From Balanoglossus misakiensis (lineage: Eukaryota; Animalia; Hemichordata): 64,000 nucleotides of DNA. The DNA lies in NCBI GenBank assembly GCA_040954595.2, contig CM082589.2:7561186-7625185 (forward strand), in the 5' to 3' direction. Both the position numbers and the translations under genes were made by a program. The notes under the pieces are model-generated. The model was not told the DNA's origin. It ran no database searches and worked only from the letters and a program-made list of their open reading frames with translations. Below, in pieces: positions 49,051 to 61,265 of the stretch (within the stretch, counting starts at the first letter, position 1; each line of letters opens with the position of its first letter).

Positions 49051-49514
49051 GACGGGGAAAGGACTCAACGAGGGCGAAAGATGTACGACTAGCAAGTCGC
49101 GTTTTTACAAGCGCGACAAACTGCTGGTGTTCGTTGTGCAAGATCTTTGCGGCAACGATAGTCGGTGAACTTTCACCTTTCTCTTTATTCCCATTGTGGG
49201 GGTATTGTTAACGTCATGCTTCGCTGTCATCTCGCAAAACACTCGCGGTGGCGCTGGCGAGATTCGATTGTGACGATTGTGACGAGAGCGCCTAGCCTCG
49301 TTCCAATCGCGTGGCACCGCGTTCGCGCGTGTTACGCGGAGAACGCACATTGCTTGGGTTCGAGGATGCATTATTCCGCGCTACGCCTAAAGAGCTACAG
49401 TGCTTTGCAACAGCACTGGACAATCCAAAATGTAGCGTAAACTAGGTGATTTTGGCAGTTTTAAAACAAACTTTACTATAATGCTTCAGTTCGACATTCG
49501 CATTTGATGTCGAC
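49051..49514. promoter_or_regulatory. Putative bidirectional promoter plus both 5' UTRs between the two guanylate cyclases
   Basis: Only 464 bp separate two divergent signal-peptide ATGs. The segment is CpG-rich relative to the flanking introns (many cgcg/tcgcg). TSS positions are not determined. Confidence 0.65.
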
Positions 49515-51909
49515 ATGAGCGGAAAGCATCGTATTCGTTGCGTGACCATCCGCGCAGTGTTGATTTTACTCGTCGTCGCTTTCGGCGCGAGGCTGGTCGC
49601 GACAACAACGCCTCCAGAAACGGTCAAACTCGGACTAATGTTACCAGTCTACGGGACCGACGAATCGCCAGCCATCAGAAGCAGCGTCCCAGGTGCATTC
49701 GATCTCGCTGTAAAACATGTCAACGAACGAAACATCATTAATGGTAGGTCAAAAAAAATCATGTCGACGAACGATCATGTGTAGGACTGACCTATAATCT
49801 GTGTTCAACTCCAGCGTACTTTTCAAATGACTATACTATTCTTTAATATTTACGACATATTTTCGAAAGTTGCATGTTGTTGTATTTTACTCGAACAAAC
49901 GAGTGCCGCACCCAAAATGAAGTCACCCTTTGCAAGAATTTACAACTATCCTGGTATGCGCACATGAGTATTAGAATATCCAGAAGTTCAAAAAGTGTAG
50001 ACTGTCATCTAAGTAGATGGAGAAGATTGAAGTATATGTTATATATAATATAAATATAATATGGTAAAAGTGGCAGCTCTTTGGGCTTTAATAATGTAGA
50101 AGTAAACGTAGATACACGACATATTAGATGGAGTCGAGTAGCACCACTTAATATTGTAATAAAGCGAGGGAAATATCTTGCTTGCTCCTAGGCCGTACTC
50201 TGGAATGGACTATGAAGAATACCAACTGTACTACCGACCACGCACTGGTAGACATCACAGAATATTGGAGAGATGGATATTCTGGCATTGTAGGACCCGG
50301 ATGTTCGTGTGTCTATGAAGGAAGGATCGCCTCGTCTCTTTTCATTCCATTAATGGCATATGTAAGCGTAGCAACACTCTTCTCTTATTAATCCTAAAAA
50401 ATATTATTTATCTGTCGTGTTGTTCAATACATGCATGTACTATAGATACAGTTAGTATGCACCTGGGGCAATAAGCTGCGTGTAAAACGCCTTTTCCTGA
50501 ACGCACAAGCGACAACATAACTACTACTGGATCTTTTCATACGTCATTAATGCATGAGTAAAACAAATGCGGATTGGTTAATGTGGTGGTGGTGACAATG
50601 TTCCAGACATGTATAAGTACTAGTATTATTGTCGTTTGCTTGCCGCGTGTTTTCATGATTTCTTTCCTTTGATTTCATATTTTGTTTGAAAACTGACCAT
50701 GTTGACCATACTGTTTACATAAAAACTGAAATAATATTGATTTGACAGTATCAATGAAGTGTAGTCTGTTTTAGTAGATACATCAACATTAAAGGTATAC
50801 GGTCACCTCCAATTTACATATCGCCATATATAGTTGAAATGGCGTATTTGAGTGTTCTAAAGAACGCTTTATTTTCGCGTGTGCCACCCACTGAAAATCT
50901 GTGATTGGTTAGATCTCGATTTACCATGGTAACTGTGGCTAAATTTGTATGGGTGACCGTATACCTTTAATGGTGTACTGTATGTACATGTACTTACATT
51001 TACTGAAACAATGGGTATTGTGGTTGGCCATTTGTCAATAAACAGGGCGAATAGACAATAAATATTTCAGAGTTTTAAGTAAAAACATTTTTTCTTTAAT
51101 CCACAGATGTGTGATGACGATGGTATTGATGACAAGGAAGTCTTTGAATACCCGACATTTTTCCGGATTTTGCCGCATCACTCGAACGTGGCCGAATCAA
51201 TCCTGGCTCTTTACCAAGAAATGGAATGGCGAGTGACTACAATTGTCGCGTCAGAGGTCAAAATATACCAAAGCACATACAACGCCGTCCAGAATCTGTT
51301 TGAAAATTATGGGATAGAGATCCTGAACTACGTGACCTTTGCTGAAGACATCGAACCACTGGCCGATGATACGTCGCCATTTCCGGAGATAATTGAGATG
51401 ACGTCAAAAACATCCAGAAGTAAGTAAAAATAGTAACTTGTTTCTCTTTGTATATGGCGCATTGGAGTGTTCTAAAGAACGTATGGCGGCGCTCTTTTTT
51501 TCGCGTGTGCCACCCAATGGAAATCTGTGATTGGTCAGATCTCAATTTACCATGGTAACTGTGGGTAAATTTGTATAGGTGACCGTATACCTTTAAAACC
51601 ACACTGCGTTTTACCAGTGCATGTACCTGTGTACTTACAGTAAGTATATAGCCTTTTACAATTTACATTTTGTAATTATGATAAAACATCCTTTGAAAGA
51701 ATATTTATATCATAGTAAACTGAGTTACATTTTTTCTCAGTCTATCTGTTTCTTGGAGATTTGTCTGACCTGCAACAGTTTGTCATCGATATGCTGACTT
51801 TGGAATTACTTGACGGGAACCATCTGATCATCGGAACCGTCACAGATTACGAATCCAGAGGGAGTCAAGATTATACAGGTAAGGACTCAATGAATATGAT
51901 AACACCTGA

Positions 51910-51988
<79 letters not shown>

Positions 51989-54900
51989 GATGATGATGGT
52001 GGTGGTGGCACAACGAAGTGGTGGTCATGGTAAAATGGGGCGGGGTGCAGGGAGCGCCCTCAAACGACGGCTTTTCCAATCAACTGTTGGCCATAAATAT
52101 GTGTATTATCTGTACAGGCGATGCTTCGTTGGCAGAAATGACAAAGGAAGCATTCAAATCAGTCTTGATTATCGAACTGAGACAACCGGAGATAGAGGAA
52201 GAACAGTTTCAAACGTACACGTCAGACATGCGGAATAGATCTGAGATCATAACAGGAACTGAATCCGTCACTGTAAGTTACTCCTTTACTACCAGTGACG
52301 TCACATATCTATTCGCAATATTTCAGTTTTTAATGAAATTTTCGCCAATTGATGAATTCGCATGTTAACCATTTATATAAAAACGTCGTTTGGGCAAGTA
52401 AATCATGAATGTTGCTTATATTAAATATTGCTATCACGGCATTAGGCCACGGAAGCATGTTTCATAGTTTCGCAAACTACCTATTGTTTTAATACTAAAC
52501 AGAACTCTAACTATATAGATATTTCTCTACTAACATTTACAGTGGGACAACCGCGCATTCTTAGTGTACGATGCCGTGATGATTCTGTCCAAAATAGTGG
52601 ATAGGATACTTACAGCTGGAATGAACCACACGTTTGCTTGGGAAACGCTGAATTTCTTCCTGGATGACACATTTGACAGTAAGTTCAAAATTATCATAAT
52701 ATTGAAATTTTTAGCCTGTGAGAAAAATGACTAAATTTTGAGGCGTTTTGATTTGACATTGTGTTGGACACGGTTGATTTCTCGTGTCACTCTTCTGGAA
52801 CTTCCTGGTCAAAGGTCAAGCCTGTTTCTTGGTAACAGGTAGTTGCTAGGTCACGAGGTGTTTCCACGTGGAGAAATTATCCCAACGTCTACATGCGGAA
52901 TGGTAGCTTGTGAAATGTGGTAATAATATTTTTTAAGTGATGTCTCCGGTTCCTGGAAGTGAATATTGCATTCTGTATATACCAGTGATTTTGATCTATA
53001 TTAAGTAGAGCATTTATGATTTAAGAGTTTACGTGATATTAATTTTATTTTTTCTTGTGAGGCATAACAAATGTACCAGTCTATCTGAATGATTCCGGAC
53101 ACGCAGTTGGGGAGTTCGATCTCCTTAGCTACATGATAATAGATGACGAGGCGTTTGAAGCTGATGGTAGTCCAGATGACGTCACTCCCAATGAAGATCG
53201 AGGCATGGTCAAAGTTGGATCATTTGCGTACCAACCCGATACATCAAGGGTAAATTATACTGTATTAGTTTGTACACCTTTATGTTTCTGACGTGTATGC
53301 TGCGAAATGTGATTGGTCAAACATGCATCACGTGTCACACAAAACAGAATAACATCATCCAATCGTTTAGCTGGAAAATGATACTATAGTTTTACAGGGT
53401 AGAGCCCACAGTTGTACATTTTAAACCCGGAACCAACGAAAGCCAGTACATCAATCTGCCTTTTTTCGCTTATAAGGCACATGTAGAGAATAATTTATTA
53501 CGATGGTCAGATATATTCAGATGTACTGTGATTTCCTTCAGGTTTTTCAGGCAAACTACAGAGTAATTCAATGGCCAGGTGGTAAAGTACCTCTCGACCA
53601 ACCAGTATGTGGTTTTGATGGATCACGTTGTCCAGGTAACCGCTTGATTGAATTTAGGGCCTTATCACATAAACACCGAATGAATGAATGAATGAATGAA
53701 TGAATGAATGAATGAATGAATGAATGAATGAATGAATGAATGAATGAATGAATGAATGAATGAATGAATGAATGAATGAATGAATGAATGAATGAATGGA
53801 AATGTAATAGTTCTGCACTTTTTCATTACCAGAAGTAGTTATTTTCAATGGCAGTTTTAATTGTATGGTTTAGTAATTCTTGCCCGATGTTTTCTTCCCA
53901 ACAGACACCTTGGGAATCATTCTTGGCGTCAGTGCAGTTGGCACAGTCGTTGTCGTCGGTATTGGAACGTATTATTACAGGTGAGAACACGTAACTCATC
54001 AATAAAGTACCTTGTGTTTAAGCCGAAACCTTGCGAGTCGCTATAGGTACATGTAACCATCTATGATGTAACTCACAATATACTGAGTTCAATTGAGGAA
54101 TGACGTTAAAGGTGTACCGTCACCTATGCAAATATAGCTACAGTTACCATGGCAAATTGAGATCTAGCCAATCACAGATTTTCAGTGGGTGGCACACGTG
54201 AAAAAACATAGCACCACCATATGTTCTTTAGAACACTCAGATACGCCATTTCAGCCATATGGGCATATGTAAATTGGAGGGGACTGTATACTTTTAATGC
54301 GTAGTGTTCTCTGCGGTTCATTTTTTGAGTGAGTAATGGCTTCAAACCGATTTTTTTTTTATTTCTACCAGGAAAAGGAAATACGAAGGAGAACTGGACA
54401 GCCTGGTATGGAAGGTCATGTGGGATGAAATACAAATGAGCGGAGGCCCGAAAACCGGTCAAGGATTTACCGCCAAAAACATGGCGATGAGTTCGTTGTC
54501 GTTGTTGACCAAAGATGAGGACGCCCAAATCTTCACAAAAATTGGAACTTACAAAGTAAGACTGATAGTAATGACACAAATCTGTTCATGGCGGCTGCCA
54601 TGTTGTGAGAAGTATTATTATTGCTTTCCCTTGTCTATCTCTGTGGTAACGTCTGACTTTTTCTCTTCTGGGAATTAGCTCACTGAGAGGTTCGGACTAA
54701 GCAGCAAAACTATGTTTCAACAGTAGTTTATTCCGGAATCATCACGGTGGTCGTGACCAACAGAAGTTCACGTTCAAGCTTAATGAATAATCGTAATCCA
54801 AAACCCTGTCTTATATATAATCCCCAACCCCGGTCTTAAATATACAATATTCGGAGCGTAACTTTAAATTGTAAGATATCTTACAGGAAGTAAATATGAT

Positions 54901-57900
54901 TCGTTCTCTGGTAAGAAGCAGTACACGATTGGCTTAAAAGGTAAATGTTACAAAGCTGATTAGATAAAAGAGTTGAGATGATGTTATTATTATCTCCTGT
55001 AGGGAAATGTTTGCGCTATAAAATTCGTTGAGAAGCAGAGAATCGATCTGACCAGAGAACAAAGAATTGAACTGAAACTGGTAAGTCCTTTTTTGTTGAC
55101 AGATTCGCTATGTCAACGCGATCTCCGCAAAAACAACACCCGAGTGACGTCATCAACTGATGCCGCCCTACCATCCCCACAGACCGGTTCATCCAATTCT
55201 ATTAACACTATTTTGTCTAATATTATCACAAATACATTGTTGTCTACCTTAGGCCAAATAAAAAAAAATATGTGATGTTCCGATTACCCGATCTAACCCA
55301 CATTTAGCCCGTCGACCCTAAACTTTTTAGAGCTTCGTAAACCGGAAGTAAAAATAACGATGTCATATATATGCAAAATTGAATGATGAAAATTGTGAGA
55401 ATCGCGCAAGAACTATGACGTCATTCTTCTACACTATGGCGGCCAAAGATATAAAAAATTGCAAAATAAAATCATTCCCTTCCTACCTACCCTATTTTTG
55501 AAAAACCATGTAATCGGAACAGCACATATTTTTTTGGCCTTACGCTGAGAACTGAATATCTGGCATCCAATCTCGTGTTTCAACTGCTGTACATGTACTT
55601 TTATTTTTTAACACAGATGAGAGATCTTCGCAACAACAACATCAATAAATTCATCGGCGCTTGCCCGGACGCTCCTAATATTTGCATACTCATGGAATAT
55701 TGTGCTAAAGGCAGCCTACAGGTACTTATGTTTCAGGATATCCATTCGGAAGAGCACCAGATTGGATAGAAACTGTAACTGGTCGCAATCACCGTACAAT
55801 GTTATGACCTTGTATCCTAACATTTCATCGGTCTGAAATATTCCATAAAATCTTTAATTACTGAGCGATGTATACTTATGGTTTCTAGGACATCGTCGAG
55901 AACGACAGTATCGACCTTGACGGAATGTTCAGGGCATCTTTGATCTCAGACATCGTCAAAGGAATGAATTACATTCACAACAGCGCTCTGAAATCCCATG
56001 GCAACCTGAAATCCTCGAATTGTGTGGTGGACAGTCGCTGGGTTTTGAAGATCACAGACTATGGCCTGAATAGATTCAAGTTGGGACAGGACAGAAGTAA
56101 AGACGAACGCAGCGAAGATGCTCATTTAAGAAGTAAGGTGGCTTAAAAATAATCTGATGAAAAATAAAGTGGGGCTCATAGTCATGGATTCACGTCTTTC
56201 ACTTGTTTGATTTTTTTTTTATTTTTTTTTTTCTAATCTGTGTCCGCATCTCTCGGATATACTTTTGAATTTTACATTTTAAAGGTTTATTTTGGAGAGC
56301 TCCGGAACATCTCAGACAGGGAAGTGACATGCCGGCGGCCGGATCACAGAGAGGCGATGTGTATTCATTCGCGATCATCTTGACAGAAATCTACTCCCGT
56401 TCACAACCCTATAACTTGAACGATGAAGACCCTCTAGGTAAAGTAACCACACGAACCCGATGTTTATTTCTAACTCAATTAAAACATTTTCAATATTAAA
56501 ACATAACAGCTTACGGAATGCAATATTATAAAAACCCGTAAGAGACATTTGTAAATCAAATAAAATAGTACGTGTAATTATGTCGCACTCATGTGCACGA
56601 TATACATGTACTTTCTCATGCTCACGAGAAACTTGTGTTAAATACGCGGTACCTTCGATATTCCGACGTGAGAGCATTCAGGTTCAGGATTTTGGGATAA
56701 AACACGATAACACAATCAAACTATTACTATATAGCATCACTGCAACTAGTTAAACATGTCCCCGATTAATTCTGATCACACTTTCAGAAATAATTGAAAA
56801 CGTGAAGAACGTAATGGCTCCGCCTTTCAGACCGATAGTTTCTGATTTCGAGGATTTGGCGCCTGAATATTTGATGGACACGTTGTACTTGAGTTGGTCA
56901 GAGGATCCAACAGAACGGCCGACATTCTCACAGATTCGACAAATGCTGAGCAAACTCCATGAAAACTTGTAAGTATGACGCAAGCGTAACAATAGTGGTG
57001 GGGAAATCAACTTGTGATTGGTATTATAAACAGATCTCAGCCTATGGGTGAAAACAAGCTATTTTTTCGGGATTCAATCTTTGCCACAATGCGAATTTTA
57101 CGATTGACAATTTTCCTTACAGTTGCGTCCCTTGTATATACACGTACAACTAGTATGACTTTGTCCTGTACACACACACTGGTGCTCAGACAGGCAGACA
57201 TTTCAGACCCTGACAAAACACTGACTGTATTCAAAGTTCACAGCGCTGTATAGCAATGTCCTCCTAACATTTAATACATTCCTGTAGAGCAGCTCCTGAT
57301 GGCCAATTCTGCTGTCCTTGCTAACTTGTAACTGCTTCAAGGAATAACCGTAATTTACTAACACGCGTTCATCTATTTTCGTCATTTACCTTTTGCTGAC
57401 TCATATGTCACACAGCTATAACCATTGAATCATTTCTTAGGACCGCTTTTTTTCCAGGAAACAAAATATTATGGATAACGTCATCGATATCATGGAACGA
57501 TATACCGACAATCTGGAAGAGCTGGTTGACGACAGAACCGAAGAACTTCAAGTTCAAAAAGAGAAGACACAACAGTTGTTATTTCGAATGCTACCGACGT
57601 TAGTATTTGGCAGATCCTAACAACAGTGGTGTATCCATTAATCCAGGGCAATGTTTACAAGTAGTAACGTCTTTCTAAAGAATTCTTTATTAAGTTAATG
57701 CTGAAAATACTAATAACACTTCACGAACACATGTCAGCATGGTAATTGTACGTTGTTGTTTTTTTCAGATCTATAGCTGCGCAGCTCATTAAAGGAATCG
57801 CCGTATTACCCGAATCCTACGAAAGTGTCACCGTCTACTTTTCGGACATAGTCGGTTTCTCGGCCTTGTCCGCAAATAGCACTCCACATCAGGTGAGAAC

Positions 57901-59533
57901 GTTTTGTTCGAGTTTTGACTGCGCATGCGCTTTTAATTGCTTGGGCGCCGCGCCTGAGTTCTCGGTTCCCAATGTATAGGCCTAATAATATAAGGTTATT
58001 CACAAAATACCGGGATTTATGTCCGAGAACATCGTACAGCGGATGTATTGTCCGAGACGCGCAGTGTTCACATTTTCTTTTACTGCGTGGTAAAAGGGAG
58101 GGGGTGTTCATTTTAAAACTGATAGTTCTGATTCCGCATTCCAGGTGGTTGACTTGCTCAACGATTTGTACTCGATCTTTGACGGCATCATCGAAAACTA
58201 TGACGTGTACAAAGTTGAAACTATCGGTGATGGTTACGTCATAGTGTCCGGTTTACCGAACAGAAATGGCATCTACCACGCTGGCATGATCGCTTCAACA
58301 GCAATGCATCTCCTGGAATCTGTCAAGACTTTTAAGATTCGACATCGTCCTAATGATATTCTGAAGTTACGCATTGGCATTCATTCAGGTCAGATAGGTT
58401 TTGCTACACCTTGTCGACTGGTTTATGTGAATATTTATTTGTGTTTATTTTCTGAAAATTATTTGGATCATTTTCGTATTTATTTATATGTCTGTTTCAT
58501 TTACCCGGCCGGTATATACTATTTAGGTCCATGCGTGTCTTGTGTAATAGGGCTTACAAATCCCCGTTACTGCTTGTTCGGTGACACCATCAACACAACA
58601 TCCAGGATGCAGTCCAATGGTTTAGGTAAGTGTGATGGGCGAGTATAAAATACACAGACCACAGTACAAAAGTTAAATACAAGAGAATAAACGATAATTA
58701 TCTATAGGGGGCGCTCTCAAAGGAGAGTTTTTACAGTGTCAATGTCTATATGATAATATGTAATATATTTCATCACAGTGAGATTGTTTTAATCGGGGAC
58801 AAAGAGACTTGCTTTACCTGCGAACATTGTAGTATGATATGACAATGCAAGCAGGGACTTTTGTTGGTGTTGCTAAGCAGATACCACATCCAATTGTACT
58901 TGCTTTTATTCTTTGTTTGTCAAACTAAGATCCGAAATGAAACAATGAGTTGGTCCATCAAAAGAAAACATTTCCTGATATAATCAAACAAGTAATAATA
59001 TAAACAGCTGAAAATTACACCATTTTTGATAGCCATTAGTTTCTACTTACTTTCAGCTCTGAAAATTCATGTCAGTCCGTGGTGTAAAGAAATCTTAGAC
59101 GAGATCGGTGGCTATGCTTTGGTTGAACGCGGTCTGGTTACAATGAAGGTAGGTACATGGCACAATTTTGAAATGAAATACACGGTATGTTTCTTATGCA
59201 TCATAGAGACATTGTTATTTGATGTATTGTGAAATGACTTCGGGATGGTTATTGTTAATTTCAAAGTTACTCTTATTACTTTATACAGTTGCATACTTTC
59301 TTTATGTCTCCAACATCCACCCCTTTTGAACACTGTGAATTGATGATAAAATAACTTTGTTTACTTGTAGTTTTTGATGGCTTTGTGAAAATGGGGTCAA
59401 AGGTCATTTGAAATGAAGTGTTTTGTTTAATTTTTATTCTTTAGTTGATTCTGTTTTACAGGGCAAGGGAGAAATCAAGACATACTGGTTGATTGGACAG
59501 GATCCGTCATATCGGAAAGATCGACCAAGATAG
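49515..59533 (+). CDS. Receptor (membrane) guanylate cyclase B, speract/resact-receptor-like, 21 exons, ~1071 aa
   Basis: Exons: 49515-49743, 50192-50361, 51107-51419, 51741-51878, 52118-52272, 52543-52678, 53062-53249, 53542-53635, 53905-53980 (TM), 54372-54555, 55003-55080, 55617-55721, 55889-56132, 56285-56437, 56788-56968, 57458-57598, 57769-57892, 58145-58388, 58527-58625, 59057-59148, 59462-59533; 3216 nt in frame. Motifs [57 protein letters not shown]. Confidence 0.9.
50793..50966. mobile_element. MITE family K2 copy (reverse orientation)
   Basis: TTAA-AGGTATACGGTCACC ... GGTGACCGTATACCT-TTAA, a perfect TIR. Confidence 0.85.
51450..51592. mobile_element. MITE family K2, truncated copy
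   Basis: Internal sequence and right TIR match 50793-50966. Confidence 0.72.
51911..52005. repeat. (GTT)n microsatellite grading into GAT/GGT
   Basis: Directly visible; in intron 4 of GC-B. Confidence 0.97.
53678..53797. repeat. (GAAT)n microsatellite
   Basis: Directly visible; intronic. Confidence 0.97.
54110..54293. mobile_element. MITE family K2 copy
   Basis: TTAA-flanked with degenerate TIRs; internal similarity to 3504-3690. Confidence 0.75.
55252..55539. mobile_element. PIF/Harbinger-type MITE
   Basis: TTA TSD; TIR GGCCAAA..AAAATATGTG.TGTTCCGATTAC. A one-arm fragment of the same family lies at ~63033-63092. Confidence 0.8.
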
Positions 59534-59986
59534 AATTACAATGCATGGTAGTTGATATAGTCTAAAGTGTCTGATGGATACTTGAGTTGTATTTCATTAT
59601 GGTAATGAAAAGATAAGGTCGAGCAGATCCCAAGTTTTTCAACATAATACTGGTCTCTTTGATATATGGATTGATGGGTCATTGTAGATGACATAGTCCC
59701 CATATATGATTATTGTTCTCGACACAAAGTAACTGCCAAGAAACCAGTTATTGACTCATGTGACAACATGAAGTCGGCGTACATACATGTACATGTATAT
59801 ATGCTATATTAAGATGTTGTTGCCTGTTTACAAATTGTTGGACAGATTACTCCACTCATGTCCAAGTATTGACTAAGACCTGAAAAACAGTTTGAATAGA
59901 ATATTACTTGCCTATTAAGGACACCTCTCCATTACGGCCAGATTTTCACTGCATGTATGCATATCCCTTCCCTATTCGAGCCACAC

Positions 59987-60006
59987 AGTGCGCCCTCTAG
60001 TGGTGG
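59987..60006 (-). promoter_or_regulatory. Candidate CTCF binding site
   Basis: The minus strand reads CCACCACTAGAGGGCGCACT, matching the CTCF core CCASYAGRKGGCRS. It lies between convergent gene ends. Confidence 0.45.
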
Positions 60007-60440
60007 CAAGGCCACATAGTCAATGGGAATCTCACTCACATTTGCCTGGAATCAGTAGTTGAGAAAAGAGAATTCAGAGCTTGTGTCTGGAAAATGACAT
60101 CACTAGTTTCGAACAAAACTGGGAGAAGAAAATGATCGCCTTGTAGGGAGGGTATCATCCAGAATGTTTACATGTTATGGAGAATTGTTAGCTTCAAATA
60201 AAATTGAAAGGGGCATCTCAAAGAAAACTATTTGAAGATTGTAGGAAATGAGGACACACTGTCACTCATTTTAAGAATGGCCAGAACAGTACGGGATTTT
60301 CTGTCATATGCCTTAAATAATTGAACACTACTGAATAAAATGCCGTATTTGTAATTTTTTTTGGCAACATCGACACACTACAAAAAGATTCTTGCACGTC
60401 AAAAAATATAAAACTTTATTCCTAGCATGTTAACTAAACC

Positions 60441-60835
60441 ACATTATATTACCATGGCCTGTGCGTCGCATTTTAATTGGTCGAGATGAACGACGTCACT
60501 GACCACAAATACTCAGTAATGGTTTGTTTACATGCCTGTAAATCTGAATAGTAATATTAGAAAACAGTTCAGTGAATACAACATTTTGCGTAACACAGTT
60601 CCGGGGCCGCTAGTGGGATATTTTGGTAAATTTTGACGGTTTTCTTGACTTCGTTGGTAATATAATGGAAATAACCGACTCCGCCCGGACCATTAACGTT
60701 TGTTTATGGGCTTGGGCTCGAGGAAAGCCAAAAATTCATGGGCTCGGAAGCCTCGCCAATGAATTTTTGGCTTTCCCCTCGCCCTTGCCCATAGACAAAT
60801 GTTAATGGTCAGGGCGTCGTCCATTATTTCTATAC
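60441..60835. mobile_element. Crypton-like hairpin element with tail
   Basis: Palindrome at 60660-60835 centred on ggctcggaagcctcgcc; the upstream tail contains attggtcga. Confidence 0.55.
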
Positions 60836-61265
60836 TATAGGAGGCTAATACTTGAAGACATAATTATGTTGGTTAGTTCAAAGAACAGTAGGTTTTCACA
60901 ACCGTGTAATGTAAATTATTGAAAACAATGACAAGTAAATAGAAGAAAAAAAAGACAAAACCTATTAATCCTAACATTATAATACAAGAAGCAAAGTAGC
61001 ATTATGAAAGGAAAATACAATCCGATGAATATTGCAACTATAAGTCATAGCTACTGCAAGTGAATTTAAGAACAAACTGAGTCCTTCCATGATTGCATAA
61101 CAACACAAAATTGAAAATCTATACATGTACTTTAGTTCCAGGAATTCTTAAAGCGGAAAAAATTTGATAGTTTTATTCTTTTTTCCACACAAAAATAAAC
61201 AAAAGTTAATAGTGAAATTCTCTTCTCAAAATGAACCTTTTTTCACAAAATTACTCCTTTGCTAA

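Noticed and set aside
51761-52238. Poly-V, poly-L and poly-Q ORFs
   Set aside because: Read-through into the intronic (GTT)n repeat after the 51878 donor.
53654-53848. (FIHS)n ORF
   Set aside because: Translation of the (GAAT)n microsatellite.
59925-60045. Possible minus-strand exon ANVSEIPIDYVALPPLEGAL...
   Set aside because: The upstream unknown gene already has a stop exon at 61266; this is better explained as non-coding sequence containing a CTCF-like motif.
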